Origin: Eledone cirrhosa
Taxonomy: Eukaryota
Reading direction: 5' to 3'
NCBI GenBank assembly: GCA_964016885.1
Contig: OZ024740.1
Coordinates: 62,620,001 to 62,684,000, forward strand
DNA: 64,000 nucleotides
Position numbers and translations under genes: made by a program. Positions 41,154 to 54,104 of this stretch are shown piece by piece. Under the pieces are notes generated by a model. That model ran no database searches. It worked only from the letters and a program-made list of their open reading frames with translations, and had not been told where the DNA came from. Every line of letters begins with the position of its first letter. Within the stretch, counting starts at the first letter, position 1.

Positions 41154-42250
41154 TGTGATATTCGGGTATTTTGTAGCATGGAGCTGCATGTTGGATGGAT
41201 CACGACTTTGTACTAGCAACACTGAAACTCTTTGTTAAAAAGGTCTTTATTACAAATAACTCAAAGGCCCAGAGTATTTGTAGAGGTGTTATAAACGTTT
41301 TTCTTGAAATCTGCCCAACTACCATCTACTAGAGCCTCGTGAAAAAATGCAGCTATTGCAGGGATATGAAGTTTGACAATATTCAAACATTTTGGAGCCT
41401 TTGAGTTATTTGTAATAAATACCTTTCTAATAAAGAGTTTCAGTATTGCTAGTACAAGGTGGTGATCCACCCAACATGTAGCTCCATGCTACAAAATACC
41501 CGAATATCACATTTGCGTATTATGAAGAAGTCAATGAGGTGGTCTTGTTTTCATCGTAGATGTATCCAGATGAATTTGTGTTTAGATTTTTGATAGAACA
41601 GTGTGATCCCCATCACTAGGTCTTGTTGTTCATAGTACAACTGTAATCACCGAAGTCCACTATTATTCTTTCTTCGAATATCGTAGTGTCTTAAGCCAGA
41701 CCACGTGTAACAATTACGAACCCCCTTTGGCATTAATGTCACCAGAGAGGATGACTTTGTCATTATGAATACGAAATGTACAACATGAGTACCACTCTGT
41801 AAGTATCACATACCATACCCCAGTGACAAGTAAAGATCAAGATGACTGGTGGAGGCCTCAGGCAAGGTTTTACATCAGAATTTCTTTCCTCTAGTCTTCG
41901 TTAACCAAGATAACTTACAAAACAGTAGGGGTTTAAAATTCAGAGTTTCCCTCTTCTAAATGAACATTCTGAATTGAAACAAAGGTCCATTACTCATAGT
42001 GGTCTTCATGCGCGCTCAGTCATCAGTTCGAGTACTTCTATGTCCCCACACTACAATGCTAGACATCCGTTGGCTAACTACTGGGAGCAAACGTTCTTTT
42101 TTTTATCCTACTGGGTTTCTATCAATTCACCTCCCTAGGGGGCGTGTCGGTTAAGTTGCGTACGACACGATCATGCAACAGGTTCTGCCGGATTCCATGT
42201 TACCAGCTGCACTAATGACATGACATACGCGGAAGGAAGAGAGAGACCGG
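41154..42250 (-). mobile_element. RTE LINE 5'UTR/endonuclease fragment with an inverted duplication
   Basis: DHHLVLAILKL motif; RTE-like 5'UTR GGGAAACTCTGAATTTTAAACC; arms 41154-41268 / 41397-41511. Confidence 0.65.
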
Positions 42251-42370
42251 ATCTCAATTAGATCTCTCAAGAAATTGTGACTTCATATTTAGTGGTAGGG
42301 TGGTGGAAAGAAGGTGTACCGTCATCAAGCGGTGTAGTTGTCAGCAAATCTTGGAGAGAGAGAAAAACAC

Positions 42371-42403
<33 letters not shown>

Positions 42404-42470
42404 AAGAAGGAGGGAAAGAGTAGCATATTTTAAGTATATATCTGTATACATTCATAAACACACACAAACA

Positions 42471-42564
<94 letters not shown>

Positions 42565-43814
42565 GACACACACACATATATCGTTTATTTGTGTAGTGTG
42601 ACAATTGATGCTTTAAACGTTGCATGTTGAAGACAGGAAGCGGTATAAACATTTAAGTTGTTATCTTTCTAGGGTAATTACAAAATTAACTGAAATCAAA
42701 TTTATTATTTATTGAGGTAAAATTGAACGACTAAGAGTACAAATTGTATGTCTGTCTGCCTGTATGTCCTTTCTCTCTAGCCCCTCTCTCATGTATATAC
42801 GTATATATATATATATATATAACTATATATCTATTTATGTGTGTATGTATGTACATATACATATATATATATGTACGTGTATATGTATGTATGTATGTAT
42901 ATGAGTGTATGTGTATATGTGTGCGTGTAAGTGTATATGTATGCATGTGTGTGTGTATATGTGCATGTCTCTCTCTCTCTCTCTCTCTGTATATGTGTGT
43001 GTGTGTTTGTGTGTGTGTGTGTATGTGTGTGTGTCTCTGTAGTTGTGTACAATATCGTTTATTCAGTTGTAGTGTAAAAATCACTACTTTAGATATGCCA
43101 CATAAACGTTGACATCTGTTTGCAGTAATAGAAAAATAAAGAATCAAGAAGCTTTTATCTTTTGCAGTTAATTAAAAACATTCATTTAAATCAGATTTAT
43201 CGTAGATTGACTGAGGAATGAATGAATACGAATGTGTTGGACATGTGTCAGCTGTGACAGCGAGTGTTGCAGTTGGTTCGATCAATAGGACAGCCTGTCT
43301 TATGAAATTAACGTCTACTGACACGCGTAAACTTTACGCAATTTGTATGGAGATTCAGTGAGACACAGTGTGTGACAAGACTGGCTCTTTCAATTACATA
43401 TATATTTTTGTCGGCTGAGTGGATCGGAGCAGCCTGAGATAAAGTTCCATGAAGGCCCACAGCGCGCCATTGGGAATCGAACATACGACGTTACGATCGT
43501 GAGCCAAACACCCTAACGACTAAGCCACGCGTTTTCACAACGAATAAGAGTACAGTACACATAAAAAAATTCTTGGGTGGTTCTCACATATCATTCCTCT
43601 CTCACGGCTACTTTAGGTGGCGAATTGACAGAGTCGTTAAAGCTTTGAATTAAATACCCCGGTATCTATCCTGGCTTTGTGCATTCTGAGTTCAAATATC
43701 GACGAGATAAACTCTGCTTTTCCTCCTTTCATGGTTGATAAGTATTAGTCGAGGCGGAATTGAAGAATCGAACGGAATACTTTATTGTATTTGATCGGGG
43801 TCAATGCATTCATA

Positions 43815-44150
43815 GCGGTGAGTCGTTAGAATGCCGGATAGAATGCTTTATGGTATTGGTTCCGGCTCTTTGCTCACTGAGTTCAAATCCCGCCATAGTA
43901 AACTTTCATCCTGACGAGGTCGATAGAAAAAGTACCAGTTTAGGACTGGGGTCGATTCTTCCTCTATATCTCTTTTGCATTTCCTCTCTCTTATTTTCTA
44001 TCTTTCTCTGGAAGAAATCTGCTGTACTCAGGCCTGGAGTGGAATTGACACCGCCAGGCTTAAAATGCCCAAGATACGCGGTATGTCAATACGGCGCTCC
44101 TATGACTCTATCAGCAGTTACGGGACCATCCATCCATTCATCCATACATA
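43815..44150 (+). mobile_element. SINE variant with alternative 3' tail
   Basis: Same head and central domain as the main SINE; tail shared with 36522-36810 and 39270-39580; ends in (ATCC)/(ATAC) repeats. Confidence 0.65.
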
Positions 44151-44316
44151 CAATGTATTCCTACCTACCAATTTTTCTACCAGGATTTGCAACCGGTAAT
44201 TAGAACCAACAATGGAAAGACGAATGGAAACACAGTTTCCATTGTCAGAGCTGATCATCGGCTCCTTTACTTTCCTCTTTTCCATTTATGTATACTTTTG
44301 ATATTAGGATATTTTA

Positions 44317-44501
44317 GGGCGGTGGATTGGCAGTACCGGTAGAAAGTCGGACGCCTGGCTTTCTAGCATAGTTACGTCCCTTTACAGTATTAGTTCAAAT
44401 CCCGCCGAGGTTAACTTTGCCTTTCATCCTTACGGGGTCGATAAAATAAAGTACCAGTAATGCACTGCGTAATTGCTGGCCTTGTGCCAAAAGTAGAAAC
44501 A
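44317..44501 (+). mobile_element. Full-length main SINE with 15-bp TSD
   Basis: TSD ATATTAGGA(T/C)ATTTT at 44301-44315 and 44502-44516. Confidence 0.93.
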
Positions 44502-45255
44502 ATATTAGGACATTTTGCTTCGTTGAAATATGAACATGAGCGCATTTCATATTTAATGTACACTTTGAGGGCTGCGATATTTAAATAAACTACGAAGACT
44601 CAGTTTAACAGTCTAAAACAGAACGATGCTATGATTGGTTAAGTTTATGGTGCAATTTAGATACCAATTTGAAGACCCACCCTATTTCTTAAGAATGGGA
44701 ACACGTCAACATCACTCATTATTTTCCTATGTGCTAGGTATACCTTGAAAAAAAAACAAAAAAACTTTAGATTTTTAGTTTTACAGCAAAAAAAAAAAAT
44801 GAAAAATAAAAAAAGAGACCGGTGAGAAGATAACAACATTTCAGCGATTTCATAGCGTGATGCGTTTTGAATTCAACTAAAAAGAAAGAATTATAATTTG
44901 ATATTTTTTTCTCCCGCAGATAAAATAAGAACTAATTTCAACAAAGAAACAGACAAAAAAAAACAACAACTAACAAACAAAAAACTATCCATTATTACTA
45001 ATGTGTTTGAAGTAATGCCCCAACGAAACATTTTCTAATGAATCATAATATAATCATATAATATCATCATATAGTATAATAATCTTCTGGTGAATTTTAA
45101 ATATAAAAAAATGTGAGAAGGAAACTAGTTATATAAAGTCCTTTCTCAAATGGCAATTAGCAGGAAGAGATTATACATTTTCCTTTTAATTAGACAAAAG
45201 CAATTACTAATGGTAAAACAAGTGAAACTAATTAGGTCTGTCCAAATGCCTTGTT

Positions 45256-45357
<102 letters not shown>

Positions 45358-45553
45358 GGATACTATTTATGGTTATGTATATATTAAAACTTTTTATAGT
45401 TATGTATATTTTAAACCCTAAACAGTGAAGGTCAGTAATTTATTACTACCTTATTACCAGTAAGATAAATAGCTCAATGTAATAACATCAGTTGTTCTAC
45501 AGAGCAGTTATATAGAATTCACAAGAATCAAAGCTATATTCAAAGCATTTATT

Positions 45554-45600
45554 CACTTACAATTGTTTCATCCAAACCTAGGCTTGGAATCTTCGGACCA
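45554..45600 (-). ncRNA. Family A HHR-like motif
   Basis: Reverse complement of the 6157-6203 motif. Confidence 0.55.
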
Positions 45601-46518
45601 TTTTTCAATGTTTGTACACATAATTGAACTCCTTTCCAACGCAAGAGACATACAGATACATATATATATATATATATTGATGTACGGTGGAGTGACATAT
45701 ATTATACTATACTATTTTTGTACAGCAATTCAAATTCAAAATCAAAATCAAAATCAAAATTAAAATCAAAATCAAAATTAATATACATTCGGCAGATAAC
45801 ACAGATAATGCAAGAGGATAGTTTGATAGTGAGATCTAGTAGGTAGTGTATGCGTTAGTTACATATGGAGCATGCAAGTGTGTCTCATTTCTATACGATT
45901 ATTGTGTGGCATGGTGTTACATGTAATGCAAGCACTTTAAGCAGGTAAGCAAGAGTATTATGGTGGTTGTAGTGGCAAGGTATTTTATGTATAGAACAAA
46001 AAAGTATGTGTGCTGAAAAATAAAAATAAAGAGAAGAAGCAAAAGAAAGGTGGTGGATACGAAAACCATAACTTTCTTTTGCTTCTTCTCTTTATTTTTA
46101 TTTTTCAGCACACATACTTTTTTGTTCTATACATAAAATACCTTACCACTACAACCACCATAATACTCTTGCTTACCCGCTTAAAGTGCTTGCATTACAT
46201 GTAACACCCTGCCACACAATAATCGTATAGAAATGAGACACACTTGCATGCTCCATATATAACTAACGCATACTATACCTACTAGATCTGACTATCAAAC
46301 TATCCTCTTGCATTATCTGTGTTATCTGCCGAATGTATTTTAATTTTGATTTTTATTTTAATTTTGATTTTGATTTTGATTTTAAATTTGAATTGCTGTA
46401 CAAAAATAGTATAGTATAATATATGTCACTCCACTGTACATCAATATATATATATATATGTATCTGTATGTCTCTTGCGTTGGAAAGGAGGTCAATTATA
46501 TGTACAAACACTGAAAAA

Positions 46519-46565
46519 TGCTCCGAAGATTCCAAGCCTAGGTTTGGATGAAACAATTGTAAGTG
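46519..46565 (+). ncRNA. Family A HHR-like motif
   Basis: UGCU-CCGAAGA-...-GAAA-CAAUUG-UA-AGUG; stem I can pair here with two G-U pairs. Confidence 0.65.
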
Positions 46566-46599
46566 AATAAATGCTTTGAACATAACTTTGATTCTTGTG

Positions 46600-46683
<84 letters not shown>

Positions 46684-46690
<7 letters not shown>

Positions 46691-46856
46691 TTTAATATAG
46701 AAATGGCTTCTACAGGACTAGAACTGTTTCATTCGGGAAAAATCATCAGGAAGCCGACCTCCGGAATGAAACAGTTCTAGTCCTGTAGAAGCCATTTCTA
46801 TATTGCTGTGTATTCAGTACCTTACTATGTTTACCTCCGATTGAACCCGGAATAAA
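46684..46856. mobile_element. Family B head-to-head PLE-like mini-element
   Basis: Inverted arms about 46694-46734 / 46764-46804; right-side tail; lies between (TA)n and (CA)n. Confidence 0.8.
46705..46755 (-). ncRNA. Type I hammerhead ribozyme, family B
   Basis: Reverse complement reads GGCUUC-CUGAUGA-UUUUUCCCGAAU-GAAA-CAG-UUCUAGUC-CUG-UA-GAAGCC. Confidence 0.85.
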
Positions 46857-46867
46857 CACACACACAC

Positions 46868-46898
<31 letters not shown>

Positions 46899-46908
46899 TG
46901 TATGTATG

Positions 46909-47528
46909 TCAGGTCACCAGTCAGGTCACCAGTTGGTGCTACTGGTAACATGTATCCCAGTACAACCTGTCTCATGGTCGGGTCATTGGCGACTAAACTG
47001 GCAACCCCACCAAGGTTTCTTGGTGAGGAGGGTGACTTTGGACATCCTGCAGGACTAAAAACAAAACCTGTCAAAGGGCAAAGGAGCTCTTAAGAGTCAA
47101 TGGCCATCCAAAATCACCAGGAGAGATGACCCCTTAGCCTTTGTCAAGGCAGAATTCTAGGAGAAGGAAAACTCTGATATAACACCTGCAACCCTGATGG
47201 TATCCAATGATGTTGACTTGTTCTTCTTTTTGGTAAATATCATCTTGGTTAAGAGAGTGGGACTGGCTTTGTGCAGTACCTTTGCTCACTATAAAAGCTT
47301 CACGGCACAGGCATTGCTTTATATCTGGAGAACTCTCTGCACTTGTCGTCACATGGTACCATGAGCCCAGCAATATGTGTCAATAATTGTCACAAGTGCA
47401 GTGTTTCTACCAGAGTTTTCAAGTCGCTGGCTGGACTAAAACGTCACACTCGTTCAGCGCATCAGTAGGGGTTCTCCTACATGGATATAAAGTAGTGGCC
47501 GTACTCGAAAACGAGTTGGCAGCCACCA
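46909..47528 (+). mobile_element. Non-autonomous RTE-derived element inside (TATG)n
   Basis: RTE-like 5'UTR motif CTAGGAGAAGGAAAACTCTGA; TATG repeats on both sides. Confidence 0.55.
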
Positions 47529-47755
47529 TGTATGTATGTATGTTCTTCTGGTTTTATAATTTCACAAAGTTTTACCAATAGAGAGAGAGAGTCGGTTTCT
47601 AACATAGACACAAGACTCTCTCATTGGAATTTACACAACATCAACTAGGTAGATATGTATGTATGCATGCATGTGTAGATATGGATGTTATTGTATGTGT
47701 GGATGTGTATGTTTTGAGTTGTATGTGTGCATGTGTATATGCTTTGCATCTGTAC

Positions 47756-47786
<31 letters not shown>

Positions 47787-48399
47787 TGTATGTATGTATG
47801 AATGTGTGTGCGTGTGTGTTTGTGTGAGTGTATGTGTGTACGTATGAATGCATATACGTAATCTATATATTTATACACATGTCTATATTATGTATGCATG
47901 TATCTACATGGGTCTCAGCCAAATTGGGATCTTTGTACAATAGTTAGGCCCTTGTGGGGATAATCATCAGACTAGATAATAGCAAGTAGAAATTTTCTAA
48001 TCTTACTTATTTCCCTTCTAAATAACAGATGATGAAATTTGGTAGCGATTTCTTTGTCTCATAAGGATTGAAAGTTTGTGAAAATCGTCTATTCGAATAT
48101 TTCTGAATGTGTTCGTGTGTTTATTTTAACGTTACGTGATTGTATTTTGTAGATTATATAGGCAAATGTTGGAAGATGTATCTATCTATGTGAGAGCGAC
48201 TGTTCGTAAGGAAGAAAAACTGATTGTCGTTGCATGTAGTTTGTGGGTTATAGGGTTATATACAGGGCCGGTTCTAGACCTTGGGGTATTAGAGCAATTC
48301 AGGTTGGATGGGTGCCATATATAACAACAAGCACTTTGTGGTCAGTTTTCCTGCTAAAGGTTCATCTTGCAGGCTCCTTTTAACAATAACCTAGTTTTC

Positions 48400-48745
48400 A
48401 ATCCTCCCCCATCATCCCGTTACGAATGTTTTGGTCTTCTACATTTGCTATACTCCCACTCCCACATTCATTTACATCACTCCTTTCATCCAGTCACTTT
48501 CATCCTTTCACAAAACATTGTCCAACCATCTCATTCCATTTCTCTTCGTAACGTTCATCACTGGCTTCATTCCCATCATTCTCAGCAATTCATTGTTTTT
48601 TTGTTTGTTTTCCTTTCTGAACAATACCACACTCATCCACTGAATCATTATAATTTCTTCTCTTTCCATCCTTTTCTGCTGCTCTACGTTCTAGGTGATT
48701 AGTGTATACCACTCACATCTCGCTTTCTTAAATCATGGCACGTCT
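48400..48745 (-). mobile_element. RTE-like LINE 3' fragment
   Basis: Translation NNELLRMMG...MRWLDNV...RRPK. Confidence 0.5.
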
Positions 48746-50068
48746 CATACACACAGCTTCAGTTTCAATGACAACCCGCTCCTAATTAACTTACTCTCCA
48801 GTTCACCAAACTTCTTCCAACGTTTGTGTATAGGCCTTTTATAAACAAACATTAAAATACACAGTAATTTGCCAAATTTACATATCAAAGTCCATTTAAT
48901 GTACGTAGTTGGAATTGACAGCTTATACATGCAAAATTTAAATGCAAAAAACTGATTTTCTCATTATTAAGTTGGTGTTTGGATCATAAAGGATCCAATT
49001 GTTTAGGTTTGCTCCCTTCGGGATCCTCTTTGGGGTCTCGGGATACGCAAACTTTGTGCATCCATCCCACGACTCCCAGGACAGGTAGAAGGCCTATCGC
49101 TAGTTTTTGCAGCATTAAATGGAGACTGCAATATATTTTTCGAACAGGCCCGTCTATCTAAGGCCTGAACGTGTCCCTTGTTAACCTGCTCGAAGGTCGA
49201 TGCGGTATGGTTCGTTTTTGGTTTCCTCATCATATTGCAGTTTTAGTTTCAGTGGCCTTATGCACGCCAGTTACCAATCTGGTACTTGTCAAACCCACGA
49301 AAACTAGGCTTATTTAGAGGCGGCCTTTACTCGCCTCATCGTAGCCACGTCACTGGGTTGTGAGTGTTTTATTGGGAGCTACAAGTGTAACCTATTGCTT
49401 CATCTCCCCTAGTAGTTTACTGCTGTTTGTCCGGGGTTGCCTATTCATGCGGCAGTTGCCTGCTTATATCGCAACTAACCATAATCTCTGATGGTCGTAT
49501 CGCTATCCGCCACATGTGACCCATTCTCTAGCAGAACAACTCTGCCGAAAATAACAAAGGTTTTTCATAAAATTATGATGTTTCAGGTGGTTTGGTATCA
49601 AAAATGTTAATAACTTTTCAAACTATATTTCACTGCCATGGTCACATTTAAACATTCAACAGTTAAGATTCATGTTTCTACGGTATATTTATCAAATACT
49701 AATGATGGTAAATTTGACAAATATTATATAATTTACTTATATAATATTTAGCCAGTAAGCACTGTGAGAAATGCTTTGAACCCGTTTGAAATAGCATAGG
49801 GTGAGAGAGAAAAAGACAGCATGAATAAAGAGGAAAAGATTTTTTTCAACAATCCACTACCATGTCAGAAGTCAAATCATTGAAATAGGGATGGTCATTG
49901 TGTACATATACACATACTAGTATATAACCACGCACACTCTCACACACACGCACGCACACAAACACACACGCACGCACACACACACACATATATATATGTA
50001 TACACATATATACATGCATAGATCGAACACCATCATTGATAGAACTATACATACACACATACGCATGC

Positions 50069-50128
<60 letters not shown>

Positions 50129-50439
50129 TTGTACAGTACAAACCTCACTTTCGCCAATTGGCGAAATGTATTGACACAATAGCGACATCAATTACATTGT
50201 TAAAACGATTCTTCTGGTGTGTCCTCTTCACACTGTTTGAATGGAAAGAAGACCCAGGGCATTCGTCCTTTCTAGCCCCGATAAATCTGACTGACCCCTT
50301 ATATTTCTTTTCATACGATAAATCTATGTACGAATGGTTGCTTTGGCTAGTGGGGAATATTTTGGGGGTTTAAGTGTTTCATGAGTACATGTTGCCGTAG
50401 GGAGGAGAAGAAGGAATCTGTTAGGTTAATTTCGCTAGA

Positions 50440-50790
50440 AATAACTTCCACCTTTATTCACCGGTTGCCGTCGAGAACTCAGGCGTATGTGGACCCCATA
50501 CTGTCGAGTTCCAACGCAAGATCGGAACGTCAGCGGCTCGTCGGAGAAAATAGCCCCACGAGGTGGGGTGGCTGTTGTCGTTGTCGCTGGCCATACATAG
50601 TCCGTGGGAATGCTGTTGCCGCCTTAACCACCGGGCGCATGCCCATTACCGCCGCGCCCTAGGCCCACAGCTCCACCCCTCGTACTTCCTCTCCCCATTC
50701 TTCTATGACATTAGATCCTTTGCCACCTCCTTCCTTTTCTGTTTTTTTTTAAATATTTTCTTATTTTACATTCCATTCTCTCTTCTCAAT
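50440..50790 (+). mobile_element. Short CRE-like LINE 3' end
   Basis: PVAVE..SGVCGP and VRGNA motifs; 3'UTR homologous to 54200-54340. Confidence 0.7.
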
Positions 50791-51539
50791 CTAAATTTTC
50801 TTTTTACTTTTTCTATTAAATTGTATTTGTTGTTGTTAACACTGTTAATTCTGTCGCCGATAGCAGAGTTTTCATGGTGGAGATGTTGTTACTGCCACGT
50901 TTTGCAATAGTGGTGTTGTTTTCACTGTTTCTGTCGTTGTTGTTTTTGTTGCTGCTGTCGCTATTATTTCTGTTGCGCTAGTTTTCATGGGGAAGAGTGG
51001 TAGGAGAGAATTCAGCGTACCAGATAGAGTTTCACTCTTTGAACTACCTCCAACCCCAATCAATTGTTGGCTCGTCTGCATGGACACCGAAAACAATGTC
51101 GGCATTTTAAAGAATTTTACTTAACGAATTTAAAATGCTTTACTATAATATTCCCGCTGGGAAATTATAAAAAAAAGCACCCATCGGCACCTTTTGAAGA
51201 CGATTCACTGAATTAACCACAGTAACAAAATTATTAAAACAAATCTTTAAACGTAAATTTTTAAAGCAATAATAATAATAATGGTTTCTGACTTACAACA
51301 ATTTTGGTGGAGGAAAAAGTCGATTAAACCAACCCCGTAAGGATGAAGGGCAAAGCTAACCTCAGTGGGTTTGTACTAAGAACGTAAAGAACCGTAACTC
51401 TTTACCGCAAAGTACGTTGTCCGACGTTATTCCGATAATAAATTTCTTTGTGTTTGTCTTCTTGGTTTTTCTGACTTTGGTAAATATAGGTACTGTACTT
51501 AATTATTAAAGTAAATAAATCGCAAATTCAGATTATCTC

Positions 51540-52600
51540 AGCAACTTCGTATCATTCTTCCGCCACGAAAGAAAGTGTGGAGATCAGTCTATGTGAAATT
51601 AATTCAGAAAGAGTCACCCACACAGTGAGTTCGGGAAAAAATGTCACACTTTCTGCCATTGTTAGCCTGCTACGACATCGGTTGCTTGCCTGTCCTCTCG
51701 CCATCTATTTCTCTCTCATTTCTTCTTCCCATTCATATATCTTTCCTCTAAACAATCTTCCTATCTTATTCACTGAAATTTCTTGCTTATCAATTTCATG
51801 GCCCAACCAAATAACCTAATAACTCTGTTTTTACTTCCGCCGGTCATTATTGATCACACCATTCTTTCTACACTCCATTGAAGGGCTTGCGACCACCCTA
51901 AACTCAGTTTTTCACCATTCCTCGAGACAACCGAACGTTTGACTTTCAACAATCTCTTCTCATAATTTATATTATTTGACGTTGTAGCAAATACAATAAT
52001 ATAAATATGATCACTTGGCCAGTTGGGACCATGATATAGTTTCGATTTTCAATAGAAGTAAAACCACTTCAATCACTCTGTTAATGTTCTTGGGAAGAAA
52101 TAAGCGTCACAACATCATATTTCAGTTTTTCTGTAAATCGAAGACCTTAATTCAAAATAACCTATTTTTTCTTATGGTTTCTCTAATTCAGCAGGAAAAC
52201 ATAGAATGTATTTATTCTATTAGCCAATGTTTCCTCTGCCCTATTCATTTGACAGAAATCAGCATACAAACAAAATTTGACTACAAATAAAAACTTAAAT
52301 CGGTTTGCTTGAAATGGATATATGATTTGTAGATATTGGTGTTGATAAATGCTGTCAGAGTTGAGTGCTATGTTAAACTGCATTGCATTTTCAAGATTAA
52401 ATATGGTATACACATTTGCGCCTTTAGTTCTACATGTTTTCAAAAGTTAAGTGCTCATATATTTCATTACTGGAAAAATTGTATATCATAATAATTTTGC
52501 ACAGTCAAACCATTAAAACAAAGATAACAGTGCCTCTAGTCATTTCTAACCACAAGAGTGTAAATGATATATGCAGACATAATGTTTCTTTTTAAGAAGA
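51540..52600 (-). mobile_element. Highly degraded hAT (Buster-like) transposase relic
   Basis: Scattered remnants such as FFPEL..WV; weak. Confidence 0.3.
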
Positions 52601-54104
52601 AAGAAAAAGCACACTTAGGTATATAACAGTAAAAGAATATAATAAACATTATTAGTAGGTAAATCTGTCATGTATTGTTTGCAACCAACTAATTGGAGTT
52701 TTAAAAAATAATCTCAATCTGATGATTATAATTAATACAGTCTGATGAAGATTTCTTCCCGTTTCAACAATAAATTTCATCTGCCAAGTGTCAAGAAACA
52801 TTCTTGTTTGTTTTTAACGGTAGAACGGGAAGGTTGATATAGAATCAAATACCGAGTATCATCGATACAAACGAATGCTACCTTCTATCCCTTAAAATAT
52901 GGTGTTGTATGCCTATGTCAGAAATTATTATCTTAATATATACGTTATGAAATGTGGTGTGCCAGAATAATGTATTAGCTACAATTTATTCTACCAGCGA
53001 GAATAAAACGTTATATATTTTTGTTGAAATTGGCGTTATATGTGCCATGGTTTATATAATTATTTCTACTTTTTAACTTTTATTTTTACTTTTAAAGTCT
53101 CCATAGGCAGCAAGGGCTTATGAAGCTGAACTCCATTTTCTATAATAACGGTTCGTACTCTGGGACCCACTTTGTACAGGGGCTCTGTGAGTTAAAAATT
53201 TCAATTACTTTGTTAAATCATAATATGCACACGCTATTGTGTATCCAGTATCTGTATTAACGAGGGAAAGGAAAAGTGATAAAAAACCGAAAAGTAGAGT
53301 AATAATGGAATTGTAATTACATGCAGTTTCCATAAGCAAAAGATTTCTTTGACTCTTTCGACTGCATTGAAACGAAGTTAAAAACAAAACAAGAATATAT
53401 CAAAATCATTAATTGCAATTCAATCGAGAGCTTGTACGTAAAAAAAAAGGAGGATAGTCGAGAAGGGTTAAGTCTTGAAGGAAAGTAACCTGCGGCAGAA
53501 TGTGTAACAAGGTGACAAAGTAGCAAGAATATATAACACAGAATTTGATACAAATTGATTATTGAGTTAATATAGGGGTGAACATATGCAGGAAAAATTT
53601 AATACAATAAATTGGTATAATTTCACCCAACTTGTAGGAATCTTATAATGAAACGAGACGTCCTTCTGGGAAGAGATATATTTGATATATCTCATATGAA
53701 ATAATACAGCCAATTTTCCACACAATACAATTAGTTAGCACCCGAACGTTTAATTAGGAATATACTCACTTATTTCCTAATGTTTGTTGAGTGAGTTGGG
53801 ATTTGGCCGGAGTATCGCTATTAGCTTTCTCCGATAATGTATTTATATATATATAGAATAGGATGGCAGTATAGTTGCTAGTAAGTTAGGCTTAAAATCG
53901 GAATGAGAATAAGAAAGCAAGAACGGAGGGGGGGGGGTGTGTGTGCCTCATTCGTTGTCTACTGGGGATCTCGGATATTTTAACGCTTTAAAGACAATAT
54001 ATCTACCCCCAGGGCGTTCAATAACTGGGTAAATTATTGAGAAAACGGAGGAGAGAGGGAAGGAACATAGAAATTATAGCGAAAAAACCAACAAATATTT
54101 CAGA

